Assembly (NCBI GenBank): GCA_040954595.2
Contig: CM082598.2
Coordinates: forward strand, 1,922,001-1,986,000
Source of the DNA: Balanoglossus misakiensis
Taxonomy: Eukaryota > Animalia > Hemichordata
DNA: 64,000 nucleotides
Reading direction: 5' to 3'
Both the position numbers and the translations under genes were made by a program. Positions 52,601 to 64,000 of the stretch are shown here, piece by piece (positions within the stretch are counted from its first letter, which is position 1; every line of letters begins with the position of its first letter). Under the pieces are notes generated by a model. The model worked only from the letters and a program-made list of their open reading frames with translations. It did no database searches and was not told the DNA's origin.

Positions 52601-55600
52601 GCAATTAACATGTGACTTGTCTACAAATGCCACCTGTCTATCACGGCCAGTTTGAACTTCAAGGTATTTTGTTTTCAGGCATTGAAATGTTGATGTTCCC
52701 ATTAGTTACATATTGTATGTAGACTCTCTCACATCCCACGGTTCGCTACAAGGCTCTTCACTGATGCACCCTCATCTGTTTAGCAAAGGAGAAGCCCCAT
52801 ATGGTGTTCACACATGCAATCAGACCATAAGCCTGCATGGACGGCGAGAGGGGTTGTGAGAGAGTCTAATATGGTATGTTGCTTCCACTGACCTTTGCAT
52901 CCTTCACAGCTGAGAGCGTTATAATGGAACCCAGACGCCCTGTCCCCGCACACAAGACACAGCTCCAAGTCGGTCCTGGGAGCGGGGCCCTTGCGACGCT
53001 TGGCTGCGCTGCCGTCGCTGTCGTCTGACTGCGGCGACTGTGGGTAGATGTTCTGTTTGATGGGATTGGTAGAGGCTAGCACGACGCTGGCTGGGATGAT
53101 CGCCGGTGACGACGATGGTGACTGCTGAGGGGAAGCAGATTGATCCAAAGACACTGGTGATAATTCATAGCCACTATCTGGTGGTTCTCTCTTGATGGAT
53201 GGAAGATCTGAAAAATAACAACATTAAAAAATACTTAATACTAATTTTACAAAAATACTTCAGCTTCAATTATGATGACCATTAAAGGGACAAATCTCTC
53301 TCTCGCTGCCCTTTTTCTATTAATTACATTTAATATAAGACACTGTTTATGTTATTCTACATGTGGATATATAGTGAATCAACGTTCAACCACACACAAC
53401 TTTTATCCCGTTTGTAGACACGAGAGTGAAAAACTTGCTAAAATGAATAATTAGTATTTACCATATATTCATTTTGGGCGAGTTTTTCACTCTTGTGTTT
53501 ACAAGTTGGATGGAAGTTGTGTTCGTTTAAACGTTGATTCACTATATATCCACATGTAGAATAATTTAAGTGGTGTCTTGTATCAAACATAATTAATGGA
53601 AAAAGGGCAGTGATAGAGAGACTTTGTCCCTTTAAAATATATACCATAAATATTGTATCTTGAAAACATGTACACTGTCTGGTAGACAAGATGGTCACGT
53701 GTAGAGCCCGACATTTTGTTTTCTGTGTCCTTACATGAACTACACTACAGGTCACTGTTCTGTAATAACCTGCGCCCTCTGCCCTATCAACATCCGGGGT
53801 TTCTCAGAAACGATGTGAATGACTCACACACTTAGGCAGTGTTATTTGTAATGATTAGGTCACGGGGGACCACATCAGGGTTATATTCAACAGCAATGTT
53901 GGTTTTTTAGTTTTAATTGAAATATTTAGCATTTGAGTCTACAAGCAGTCATAGCGATCACAAATATAATGAATTTAAGTCAATAAAAGTTCACAAAAGT
54001 TATAAGTGTTACCAAAACTCTTGAGTCAGAATGTACATATAGAATGGGAAAAGTCATTTCTTTCTCTCCAACTGTAGTGTATATTTTTTCAGTCCTTTTT
54101 CTTCAAATTTAATGCTTCTTGTGAATTTTCATTTCGGTGCAATTTACAGGGCGAAGTGGGCTTGCTTTCCATTATTTCTAGTTGATAGGGAATTTGAACA
54201 ACACTCCGAGCTCGGGACAGAACACCAACACTGCTGAGTTCAGACATTTCCTGTGACGCACGCTCATAAAATAGTAATAATTCAACATTAACTTCAGTAC
54301 ACAGTATATCAAATTAGCAACAAATTACTATTATATAAAATTTATGTGGTCAACTAAGCCATGATTCCCATTCTACTTGCCCAATTTATGTTTCCTGTGG
54401 ATGTATCATTAATTTGAGCTGCTTAGGGGGATTATCCTCAAAAGCTGGTTTCAGTGAGATATGGTTTTGTGAAATTCAATACTACTCTACAATACTAATG
54501 AGGCTCAACATTTAAAGTATCGTGGTTTGTCAGGAATAGTGACATTATTGGGACATTTTCTCTGGACACAACAAGGTTGTGCTAAGGTTTGATGTAATCT
54601 TGAGCAGACTACATATAACTGCTCTATCTCTGTCTTTTATAATGTTTTTAAAAAAACTTTCACATGACTTTGTTTTGACATGGATGCAATCAGGAGTAGG
54701 CACTTTCCATATTACATTTTTATGTCAGGCTGTCAGACATATTTGATGAAATGTCCACTTTTAATATGTGAACAAATGTTTGACTAAAACATCATACAAA
54801 AAAAATCAATAAACATATGGTTGAATTATTAAACCGATTATTATCGGGGACTAGCATTGATATTTTAAATGTGTCTTTGTGTAAATGTCACAGTGTGTAA
54901 CCATGGTGACAGACTACTCATTTCCGGTGATAATAAGTGATTATTCATTAAACGGCTGTAGGACATGGCAGGGTTTTCTCCTAATGTCAAGGACGCGCGC
55001 CACTTAATGTTCGAAGCCAATTGGCATCCTTAGGAGCACATGTAGTTTCTGTCTGATGAGGATTGCCAAGGACTGTATCACCTCTGTCATGTGACATCCC
55101 TTGGTGTCATGTGACATCACTTGGTGCCATGTGACATCACTTGGTCTCTTTGGCACAGACTACATGCAAGCCTGGTTAAATAATATGTTCTAGAATTTAC
55201 TGATGCATGGATACAAGTACACACACGCACTAGGGCCAGGTGTTGGCAGCCAGGCCAAGGTTGACATCATTCACCAAGGTAGTCTTGTGAACTTGACCTC
55301 GTACAGACGGCATAAAAGAAGGAAACCTTGACACCATGTGACTAAAGGGTCAACAAAAAATATACTAAGGGCGACACCATTTTCTGTTAAAGGGACAAAG
55401 TCTCTCTCTCGCAGGCCTTTTTCCAATTATGTTTGATACAAGACACCGTTCATATTATTCTACATGTGGATATATAGAGAATCAACATTCAACGACACAC
55501 AACTTCCATCCCGTTTGTAGGATATGAGAGTAAAAATCCCGCCAAATTGAATAAATGGTACAGAACGATTATTCATTTTGGCGAGTTTTTTCACTCTCCT

Positions 55601-57234
55601 GTCTATAAGAGGGATGGAAGTTGTGTGTGGTTGAACGTTCATTCACTATATATCCACATGTAGAATAACAAACGGTGTCTTGTATCAAATATAATTAATG
55701 GACAAAAAGGGCAGCGAGAGAGAGACTTTGTCCCTTTAAACTGTATAGCTGAATACACTATCTGGTACGACCTGAACTTTCCAGCTCGTGACCTCAGATA
55801 TTCACACCGAGAAACAATAATTATATTCAGTTTCTGTGACTGAGATTTTAGAAAATGAAAACACCAGCCAGGTTCTCAAAACTAGTAATCAGGGTCGAGC
55901 CAAACCTTCTCATAATCAGTCTTTGGGTGACTATTAGAACTTAGCCAATGTCATGGTCTGTCATACACAATTATTGTTAGCTATAAGACATGACAACATG
56001 TTCTAATTTGGACGTCATAAAAAGTATTACAGGAAGATATCAAATCCTGAGCACTGAGGTACAATGGATAGCCATGATACTTCAACAACGCTATTACAGT
56101 GATGATGAAATGATAGCCCATTTGAGGGCGAAAACCCAGAACCGAAGAAAATATTCCAAATGACACAAACAAACATCGAAATAACAGCATTATCATACAC
56201 CTACACTTAAATTCATACAAATCAAGCATGTGAACTCAACAACCAGACAGCTGGTCGAAATCACCATGACTCTGGGGTTGTCCCCCTTTCAGAAACCACC
56301 ACAGACATCCGGTATCTCCCTTTTTATGCACAAGTCTGAACATTCTCCCTAAAGACAGGAAGCCATAAACCATTGAAAGATGGTGAGTTATATAGCATTC
56401 ATTAATCCCGGTTACCATTAAATTTTATGGTTTTCATTCAGATAACATATATGGAGATATTTCTGTAAGTACATAACATTTAACAGAAACTGCACCGTTC
56501 CCCTTTTGAACGGTTGGCATTTTATTTTGGATTGCAAGACTTCAAGACACTTCACATTTGCTGTACATTTTTGAGAAGGAATCGAAATCACTTCATGAAG
56601 TAACACTGGCTGACTGTCAAAGCAATAGATTTTATAACTATAAGAGTTTAACCCTTTCACCGCCATGGTTTGGTCCAAGTCTATAGTTTTCTATGGTAAA
56701 GTTGGACCTCTCAACAGTGTCCAACTTTGCAATAGAAAACCATTTAATTGGACCAAACCATGGTGGTGAAAGGGTCAAAAATCTAATGACCAGTCTACCC
56801 ACCCTAACAAAAGTTCACTTTTTCCCCCCACACAGGTACCAATTTTGTATTCATCATGCATGTTCAGCTATCAAGCCCTTCTAAAATTACAGAAAGTCTA
56901 CAATAGGCTGACTGGGTGAAGTCAGTCCTTATTGTAAAAAATATTCCCACCACAATAGGATAAAATTTCCGCTGCGTAAATGTTATCCCAACACAAACAG
57001 GGCAATCGACGGAATATTATAAGCCGAGTGTTGATCAGTCGAAGGACAAGCCCAGATCGATTTCTAAAGCACAGTGGGTTAATTTATCCGTAACAAGCGA
57101 CAAGGAGTACATACAGTCAAAGAATGGGTTTTCAAGGAGAAGAGGAAAATATGCTTACCTGAAAAGTAGTATCTGGGGGGAGGTAATGGGGGAGGGGGTC
57201 TGTAGACTGGATAATAATACTCAAAATCCAACAT
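49392..57234 (-). CDS. NR1H: Nuclear receptor subfamily 1 group H (LXR/EcR/FXR-like); multi-exon
   Basis: [46 protein letters not shown]...[17 protein letters not shown]; [39 protein letters not shown]; AF-2 [11 protein letters not shown]; all junction phases are consistent. Confidence 0.95.
49887..50112 (-). CDS. NR1H: NR1H LBD exon
   Basis: [12 protein letters not shown]...[10 protein letters not shown]; phase 0-1. Confidence 0.95.
50229..50391. mobile_element. pogo/Tigger-like (Tc1/mariner) MITE
   Basis: TA-CAGTCAAACCTGTGTTAGTGGCCACC terminus; related copies at ~52338-52496, 52523-52653 and 19440-19490. Confidence 0.6.
50518..50688 (-). CDS. NR1H: NR1H LBD exon
   Basis: PWPDD...RFAHITELT...DQIVLLK; phase 0-0. 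Confidence 0.95.
51337..51560 (-). CDS. NR1H: NR1H hinge exon
   Basis: [15 protein letters not shown]...IEKIVQAQ...KKVT; phase 1-0. Confidence 0.92.
51997..52137 (-). CDS. NR1H: NR1H second zinc-finger exon
   Basis: [15 protein letters not shown]...GMLPE. Confidence 0.96.
52338..52653. mobile_element. Two adjacent pogo/Tigger-like MITE copies
   Basis: AGTCAAACCT...GGTGGCCACTAACAGGGATTTGACTG followed by TACAGTCAAACCTGTG. Confidence 0.6.
52893..53207 (-). CDS. NR1H: NR1H A/B region + first zinc-finger exon
   Basis: (D)LPSIKREPP...[22 protein letters not shown]; phase 1-1. Confidence 0.93.
53282..53635. mobile_element. Kolobok/T2-type foldback MITE, complete
   Basis: TTAA|AGGGACAAA...TTTGTCCCT|TTAA; long inverted arms. 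Confidence 0.88.
55387..55739. mobile_element. Kolobok/T2-type foldback MITE, complete
   Basis: TTAA|AGGGACAAAGTCTCTCTCTCGC...GCGAGAGAGAGACTTTGTCCCT|TTAA. Confidence 0.9.
56648..56778. mobile_element. piggyBac-like MITE (TTAA|CCCTTTCACC...GGTGAAAGGG)
   Basis: Palindromic; relatives at ~59040-59130, 60029-60118, 60349-60437, 24800-24880, 17648-17745. Confidence 0.75.
57159..57234 (-). CDS. NR1H: NR1H candidate first coding exon (proximal)
   Basis: ATG at 57234: [25 protein letters not shown], then phase-1 donor CAG|GTAAGC. Confidence 0.65.
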
Positions 57235-58626
57235 TTTGGACCGAAATTCCGCCACAAGCAACACACTAAACCGTCTCTGTGAACAGCCAACTCCGGAATG
57301 AATGATTCCGGGTCTAATCCCGCTGAACAAAATACGGAGTGAGTCACACACACCCAAACAATGTCTCTGGCATACTTGGGCCGAAGACCGCCCACGTCAA
57401 TCTGTTGGGGTGAATGACCAACTGGTCGTTCAACCCTGTGGCTTTAAGATTAAGTAAACAACAGGAAGTGTTAAAAGTGGGTGCGAAAACTGTAGATCTA
57501 CAACACACTGATTACAAAGACATGGAAAAATAAAACACCAAACCTAATAGCTGGACTTACTCATGGTATTAAACTGTGGATTTTCTGTTCAGATATGAAC
57601 ATGCCAGCAACATAACACCCGGACATACACAACTGTGCGAATGCCAAAGGTCATTACTATATCTGTCACAGATAAAACCTTTATATAAACTATTCTAGAA
57701 ATCAAACAATTACATAAAACCAATTAAACATGAATAGACCACAGCAGTTTATAGAACAAAGGTGATAACTGTTTTTATAGTCAAGTTTTTCACACATTTT
57801 GCCAACTAAAGGATAACAGGTTTGTTTACTTGTATTTCAGCAAGTGATAAATATTTATGGGTACAGGACTTCAAAATCAGGAAAGCTCTTGAACACTACA
57901 AGAAAGAGGAATTATCCGGCCGCCATTTTGTCTTTAAGACAGTACAATCATGAATTTGTGCATAGACAGAAAAATGAAGAGTCTATTAAGAAATGAAGCC
58001 AAAAATTGGAATCTTTTTCAAAGGTTTCCTAAATGTATCATTTCACCATTTCACTTGAAAACCTACAAAATTACAATTAAAAGCTGGACTTTATTCGTAC
58101 AGATAAAAAGGCATTTCTTACATTAAAAGGCGGAATCCTAACAATTTTTTTCATTAATCTGTTCAATTTCTTCAACATCAGGATATTAGAATGAATTCCT
58201 ACAAATTTTCCTTAAAGATTTCTATTCAATTCTTACATTTTAACATTCCCTAGAAGAAACAGACACAATTCTTCATTTTTTTCAGAAATGACAATTGTCA
58301 AAGAAAAATTATATCATGGACATTTTATTCCTATTAGATATTATTTTCAATTATCGATAAATTCAAGAAAATTTACTTCTGTGTGGTGATAAACAAGTGC
58401 CTTTGAGCAATGACTGATCAAAAATTCAATTATCAAAGTAGTTCCTTTGCATTAAATATTTAAATTTCCCTATCAATCTCTCCTTTGTGAGTTTCAATCT
58501 GTCAAATTAATATGACTATTTAGCTGTTAAGCCATTTTATGTTATTCTAATTCATTGTCTCCCATGGACAATACCAATATTGTCCATCCAAAAAACATAT
58601 CATTATCAGGAAAATCTCCCCCCCCC

Positions 58627-58832
58627 TCTCTCTCTCTCCCCCACTCTCTCTCTCTCTCTCCCACTCTCTCTGTCTGTCTCTCTCCCTCTCCCTCTCTCTT
58701 CTCTTCTCTCTCTCTGTCTCTCTCTCTCTCTCTCTCTCATCTCTCTCTTTCTTTCTCTCTCTCTCTCATCTCTCTCTCTCTCTCATCTCTCTCTTTCTCT
58801 TTCCCTCATCTCTCTCTCTCTCTCTCTCTCTC
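58627..58832. repeat. Imperfect (CT)n microsatellite
   Basis: ~200 bp polypyrimidine tract. Confidence 0.95.
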
Positions 58833-59039
58833 TTCATGTCGTTCTCCATCATTTATACAACAGCTCTAGACTTAGCGTATGTAACTACTTATGTATCTCA
58901 TTACACTGATCGGTTTATGGTTGGCATTAGGTTTGAGATCTCTGTGTTGCCTTGACCGCTGTACTAAACCAAATCCTAGCCTACATGCTTATTACCAAAT
59001 GTGTCAGGATCAACTTCTATTCTGCTCTACACAATCATT

Positions 59040-59130
59040 GACCCTTTCACCCAAAGATCCCTCTTTAGAGATCCAACTTTACCATAGAAAACAATGGCAT
59101 TTGACCAAACTATGGTGGTGAAAGGGTTAA
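59040..59130. mobile_element. piggyBac-like MITE
   Basis: ACCCTTTCACC...GGTGAAAGGGTTAA. Confidence 0.7.
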
Positions 59131-60028
59131 ACTCCTGGTTCAGCACCAAGTTTTATCTGACACAGACTGCTGTCAAAAATGTTTTAAACTCTAATTAACT
59201 GGTTTATTTACAACTCCATTTTTATTATTGTATTAGTTGTTGTTGATAATGATGATCTCATTGTTTTGTTGTTGATATTGTTGTTATTTTCATAATTGAA
59301 TTTCAGATGATCAGAACACTTAATCCATCAGGCTGTCTCAGTGACAACAGCTGACCCAGTTCAAAACTTACTTTTGATGTGTACTCTAATCGTCCTTGAT
59401 TTTGCACAAAAACAACCCTACAGTCAACAAGATATAAATCTACAAGGCACACAATATTTACGGTATGGAAACTATGATTCCAAACTGGCATGTCCGGTTT
59501 GGCAAAGAGAAAGGGCTCGTGTCGCAGACCGGTGCAAAAATAGACAAAAAATGTAATGCATTCACCAACGCATGCTGACTTCTTGGTGATTACACAAATT
59601 GGAATGTGAGGACATTGCCCTCAAAGAAACTCAAGCAAAGATTTGCATCAGTTGACACCATATATCTGTGTCTCTTGTTCCGTGGTTATGAAAACAGAAC
59701 TTGAATCCTGGTGTGACAAACCAACCCCTCACACTTGACTGACCATCACCAAACCGTACAGAAGATAAACAGAGTGCTTTGGAAGAAATCCTACCATGGA
59801 ATATTTGCTTGTGATTGTTATAGCTTCTACCTTGAACCTCTAAATAATCCACATTGGATACTGTTACCGATACATTCAGCAAAGCTGTTTTCAGCGAAAA
59901 ACATAAGAGCTTTATAAAAGGATTGACCTTTTTCTGAGTGCAACCAGAATTCTAGAATTACCACATTGGTGCGTTACACATTCAGATTTTTCTGACCCGT
60001 AATCATACATGTTCCACACAGCTGTGGA

Positions 60029-60437
60029 ACCCTTTCACCACAATGGTTTGGTCCAAATCTCTTGTTTTTCTATGGTAAAGTTGGTCCTCTATAGAGGGAA
60101 CTGGGGGTGAAGGGTTAAAACGTTATGTCATGAAACCACCCATACGCTAACTTTTCTGTGCGTCATGAAAACACCAGTATGCCCACTGTAACTTCAAGAG
60201 ACAATGTCACTATTTAGAACCGTTTTGTTTGGAAAGATTGTTCTACTGTTCTGATTTGTTTGTTGACAGATCTTTACTCCCCTGAAAAAAAGTTTTGTAT
60301 GCAAAAGAAAAATGTTGCCGGTACCCACTGTTTCAAGCAAAATAATGTTTAACCCTTTCACCACCACAGTTTGATCAAAATCCAATTTCCATGATAAAGT
60401 TGAACCTCTATTGATGGAAAGGGGATGAAAGAGTTAA
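60029..60437. mobile_element. Two piggyBac-like MITE copies (60029-60118, 60349-60437)
   Basis: ACCCTTTCACCAC..GTTTG.TC.AAATC...GTAAAGTTG..CCTCTA...GAA(A)G.GTTAA. Confidence 0.7.
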
Positions 60438-61209
60438 TTAAAATGCCACGTATTCTACCAGTAAACATACCCTCTATACATTTTATGACCAATTGTCATC
60501 GCTCTGATATGAACGCATTCAATTTTCAATAACAACACTGACAATCTACTGGTAGGCAGTGTTAAAAAGCTGATGTACGTTAAACAGCAAGTACTGAGAA
60601 TTTCATCGGGTATATTTCACAAATGGCTTCAGTCTGCGCACGATTTATTCACAGATCAGAGATAATGAAAGCTAAAAGTTAGAACCACTGAAGCATAAAA
60701 AATTCATTTTCTTTTGAGGAGTGAGATTGCTTTCAAAACATTTGAGATTACTCAATTCTAACACTTGTATGTGGGCGATTGCATGGAGTGATGATATACA
60801 AGTAGGAAAAATAACTGGCACAGACTGAACAGCTGCATGAACCAAAATGTCTTACGGCAAATAAGCGTTATTAATTTCTTACAATTCCACTTTTATTCTT
60901 GGAATACAGAATGACATTCTCTTGTTTAACAAAGCAGTCACGTTTTTTCCCCCAAGTCTTGCGGCCATTTTCGTCGAGTTGGCAAAGAAAACAGTTTGGG
61001 AAATTCAGTGTCCACATTGGTATTCAAACATAGAAATCAAGGAGTCACAAAATGAAAGTGTGCTAGCTCAGACTTTCAAATCAAAAGTCTAAATTTCACA
61101 ATATTTATCACCAATCTGACTCGTCCTTGTACATGTCTAAGTGTTACGCACACAAACAAACAAATCCCTTTTTTCATCATCACTGTTTCCTAGAAATTAA
61201 ATTCATTAC

Positions 61210-61225
61210 CTGTGCGTATAGACAT
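61210..61225 (-). CDS. NR1H candidate alternative first coding exon (MSIRT)
   Basis: ATGTCTATACGCACAG|GTAATG, phase 1. Confidence 0.35.
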
Positions 61226-61840
61226 CACCGATGACGGATTTCTTTCCAAGCAAAAAAAGAAGATGAAGCAGTCCAAAAACCCACGCACACTCGAGTACAC
61301 AGCATGCAAGCTACCATCTACTATATCCTATACATATTGCTGATGGTCAAATTTTAATAGCATAACCTTTACCACAATCTCCGTCATATCAATTTCTGTA
61401 CAAATATCACCCCCCAAAAAACCTGATAAGGACAAAAAAGTAGAAATGCCAAAGAGATTTTATTTAAATGTACATGACTATTTCATATCCGGGTAAGTGG
61501 ATACCATCTTCACAAAACGAGAAATTTACGTCAGATGTTGACGTGTGACGTTAATAACATGGTTGATACGTGGTTACTGTAGATTATGTGGATCTCTGAC
61601 TGCCTCCAGTCAGCAAAAATGGATGATATATTAAAACAGGGACTGCAGACGTATTCAACATTTTAGTTTACCACAGATTCACTTGTTTCTGGGTGAGATA
61701 CAGACGTCAAAATCGTTCTGTCTCGCCACCAAACAGTGTATCGTTACGAGCCGTTTCTGAGTGTGTGTGCGCGTGTGTGTGCGAACAAGTATCTTTCTGT
61801 ACAAGAAATAAATCATTACGATTTTGAAAAGATATTTAAG

Positions 61841-61971
61841 CAATAAAACACCCCCAGCCATGACGAGATTTTGACCAATTCACGACACATACGCACGAGC
61901 GATAGCGAGTGCGTGTATGGAGTTGAACTGGTCAAAATCTCGTGGTATACCATGGCTGGGGATGTTTTATT
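61841..61971. repeat. Long palindrome / non-autonomous element
   Basis: CAATAAAACA...GAGATTTTGACCA...ATACGCAC GAGCGATAGCGA GTGCGTGTAT...TGGTCAAAATCTC...TGTTTTATTG. Confidence 0.75.
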
Positions 61972-62171
61972 GCTGTTATATTATACCAGTATATTGAAAC
62001 TTTGCATAAAACATTTTAAAAAGGCATTTTCTTTGACTATGAGTTTTGCGTGATATTATGACTGTGGTATGTGACGAATATATCACAGTCACGTGTCGTG
62101 TCTCGACCAATAAAATAGCGTGATTTACACCATCAATATACTGGTATAATATAATTGATAATATGCCTTAC

Positions 62172-62181
62172 CTGTGTTCAT
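62172..62181 (-). CDS. NR1H candidate alternative first coding exon (MNT)
   Basis: ATCATGAACACAG|GTAAGG, phase 1, A at -3. Confidence 0.45.
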
Positions 62182-62853
62182 GATATTAAATGTAGTTAAT
62201 CCAAAACAAAGTCCGTCTGTGTCACATGAAGCTTATTTCTTCTCACAACAAATTCTGACTGTCTTTCAAAATATCGGAAAGTGAAAACGGAACTAACTTC
62301 TTAATCTACTCACCACTGCTTGTTGAATGCACTGCTGTCTCTGTTATCTTCAACGCAGTTACATCTGATGTCTGTAATTCACACATTTTCTTCCCTGCGG
62401 CAATGTAACAGTCCTTCAGTCCTTCACCTCACGACCAGTCGGCGTAGAAACCAAGAAACGCAAACCGAGCAAGAGACGAAAGTGCCAGCGATAGAACGAA
62501 CAACCAACAACAGATATGTCTTGTGGGTATATCTCTCCGAGATTTTCAATAGCTTCCAATTTCAAGTGTTCCAAACACCTTATGTGTTATTCAGTCTCAT
62601 ACTAAAAATAGCAGATCGCTACTTCAACTTGTTTATCTTCTCTCTGTGGATGTTGTCCAAAAAATTATCGCACCCGCCACACAGAAGTTCACCCTAAACA
62701 CCAACACTTATTGTCAAAGTCTGAAAAGTAACAAGAAAAAAATTTCATTAGGACATTCAACAGTTCATATTAAATGTGAATGCATTTGACACTGAAATAT
62801 AATGTTGGCTTACCCTGGTTGGCAAACCTCTGAAGTAAAGTGAAACCTGTCTA

Positions 62854-63153
62854 TTAAAGGGACAAAGTCTCTCTCTCGCTGGCCTTTTTCCATTAATTAT
62901 GTTTGATACAAGACACTATTTATGTTAATGTACATGTGGATATATAGTGAATCAACGTTCAACCACACAAAACTTCTATCCCACTTGTATGATATGAGAG
63001 TAAAAACTCAACCAAAATGAATAAATGGTAAAGAACGATTATTCATTTTGGCGAGTTTTTTCACTCTCCTGTCTATAAGAGGGATGGAAGTTGTGTGTGG
63101 TTGAATGCTCATTCACTATATATCCACATGTAGAATAACAAACGGTGTCTTGT
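62854..63153. mobile_element. Kolobok/T2-type MITE, right end truncated
   Basis: TTAAAGGGACAAAGTCTCTCTCTCGC...; internal sequence is very close to the 55387 copy. Confidence 0.85.
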
Positions 63154-64000
63154 CTTAGAGGGTATGAATGATTATGCAAACTTGATAATTTCTTGTTAAG
63201 TTACACCCATCAGGTACTTAACAGGGATGTAGTGATGATTTGATCCAAAAAACTGAAATTTTAGACTGCATCCACAGGAGAGATGCATGTTAAATTTGAT
63301 ACATAATATATTAATAGAATTATTCAACCACTATCTTTTATACATGGTTACTCACTGAAAACAACGTATTCAAACTATTGACAAGATAATCTCTTACACA
63401 ATGCCCACATCAGCTGTTCCTGGCTGAAATACTTCACAATGCATTTAGTACCTTTATCTTCATCAATACGCAACCAACTGAACTATCCTCTTTTCAAGGA
63501 AATCTTTTCACAAAGCGTATCAGGATCTTGCCATCACACGCTGTGCTTGCTTGTCCGGCTTTGAAAACTGAATGCGCACACACCACAAAGAAGTACAATG
63601 TCGTTATATAAGGTTCCTTCTATTCTGGACCTTGGCCTATTCAACCTACCTGATTACTGAAGTATTATGTTTGTGTAGTACCCTACGACAATCGCATATT
63701 TCCACATTTTCCCTTCTTTCTGCACTGCGCACATACGATCGGTATCGACATGTATTACACTTTCATTATGTTGTTCAAGGATTTTTCTTAATTCGCTGAA
63801 CACACTGTTCTATATTAGCTCAATTCTGCTTTCGAGTTTCAACTCAGCTGCGGCCGGCCATTAGATCTGCCCTGTCAATTACTGGTAAACCAGAATAGGT
63901 GTACACGTACGTACATCATGACGTGCTAACACTACCAGCTAGCTATCAGCTTACCTGAGAAACAGTAGTCATTGTGAATGACATAGTCCACTATGGATCA

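Noticed and set aside
58555-58909. Ser/Leu ORFs
   Set aside because: Translation of the (CT)n tract.

Overview
Eukaryotic (animal) genomic DNA, most consistent with an invertebrate deuterostome such as a hemichordate (inferred from gene content and repeat style; not proven). All coordinates were read by eye. (1) 1-~29,240 (+): the 3' part of a receptor-type protein tyrosine phosphatase of the R3 subtype (PTPRB/PTPRJ/Ptp10D-like). It has 34 symmetric phase-1 one-FN3-per-exon exons plus a split FN3, a membrane-proximal region with an RRKR furin site, a TM helix, a cytoplasmic NPxY motif, one catalytically intact PTP domain and probably alternative C-termini. (2) ~31,400-45,400: an intergenic block. 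A decayed LINE endonuclease is cut off by a ~13.5 kb composite of satellites: a 26-27 bp unit, an 87 bp unit, TTAGAC/TTAGGG-like arrays grading into (TTAACTC)n and (TTATAC)n, a ~49 bp unit and a ~243 bp unit. The composite contains a canonical CCAAT-TATA-Inr promoter driving an apparently spliced but non-coding unit, and possibly a convergent second unit. (3) 49,392-62,181 (-): an NR1H nuclear receptor (LXR/EcR/FXR group) with six common exons and three candidate alternative first coding exons. Introns carry TTAA-flanked Kolobok/T2-type and piggyBac-type MITEs, pogo/Tigger-like MITEs, and a palindromic insert with two minimal hammerhead-ribozyme motifs.
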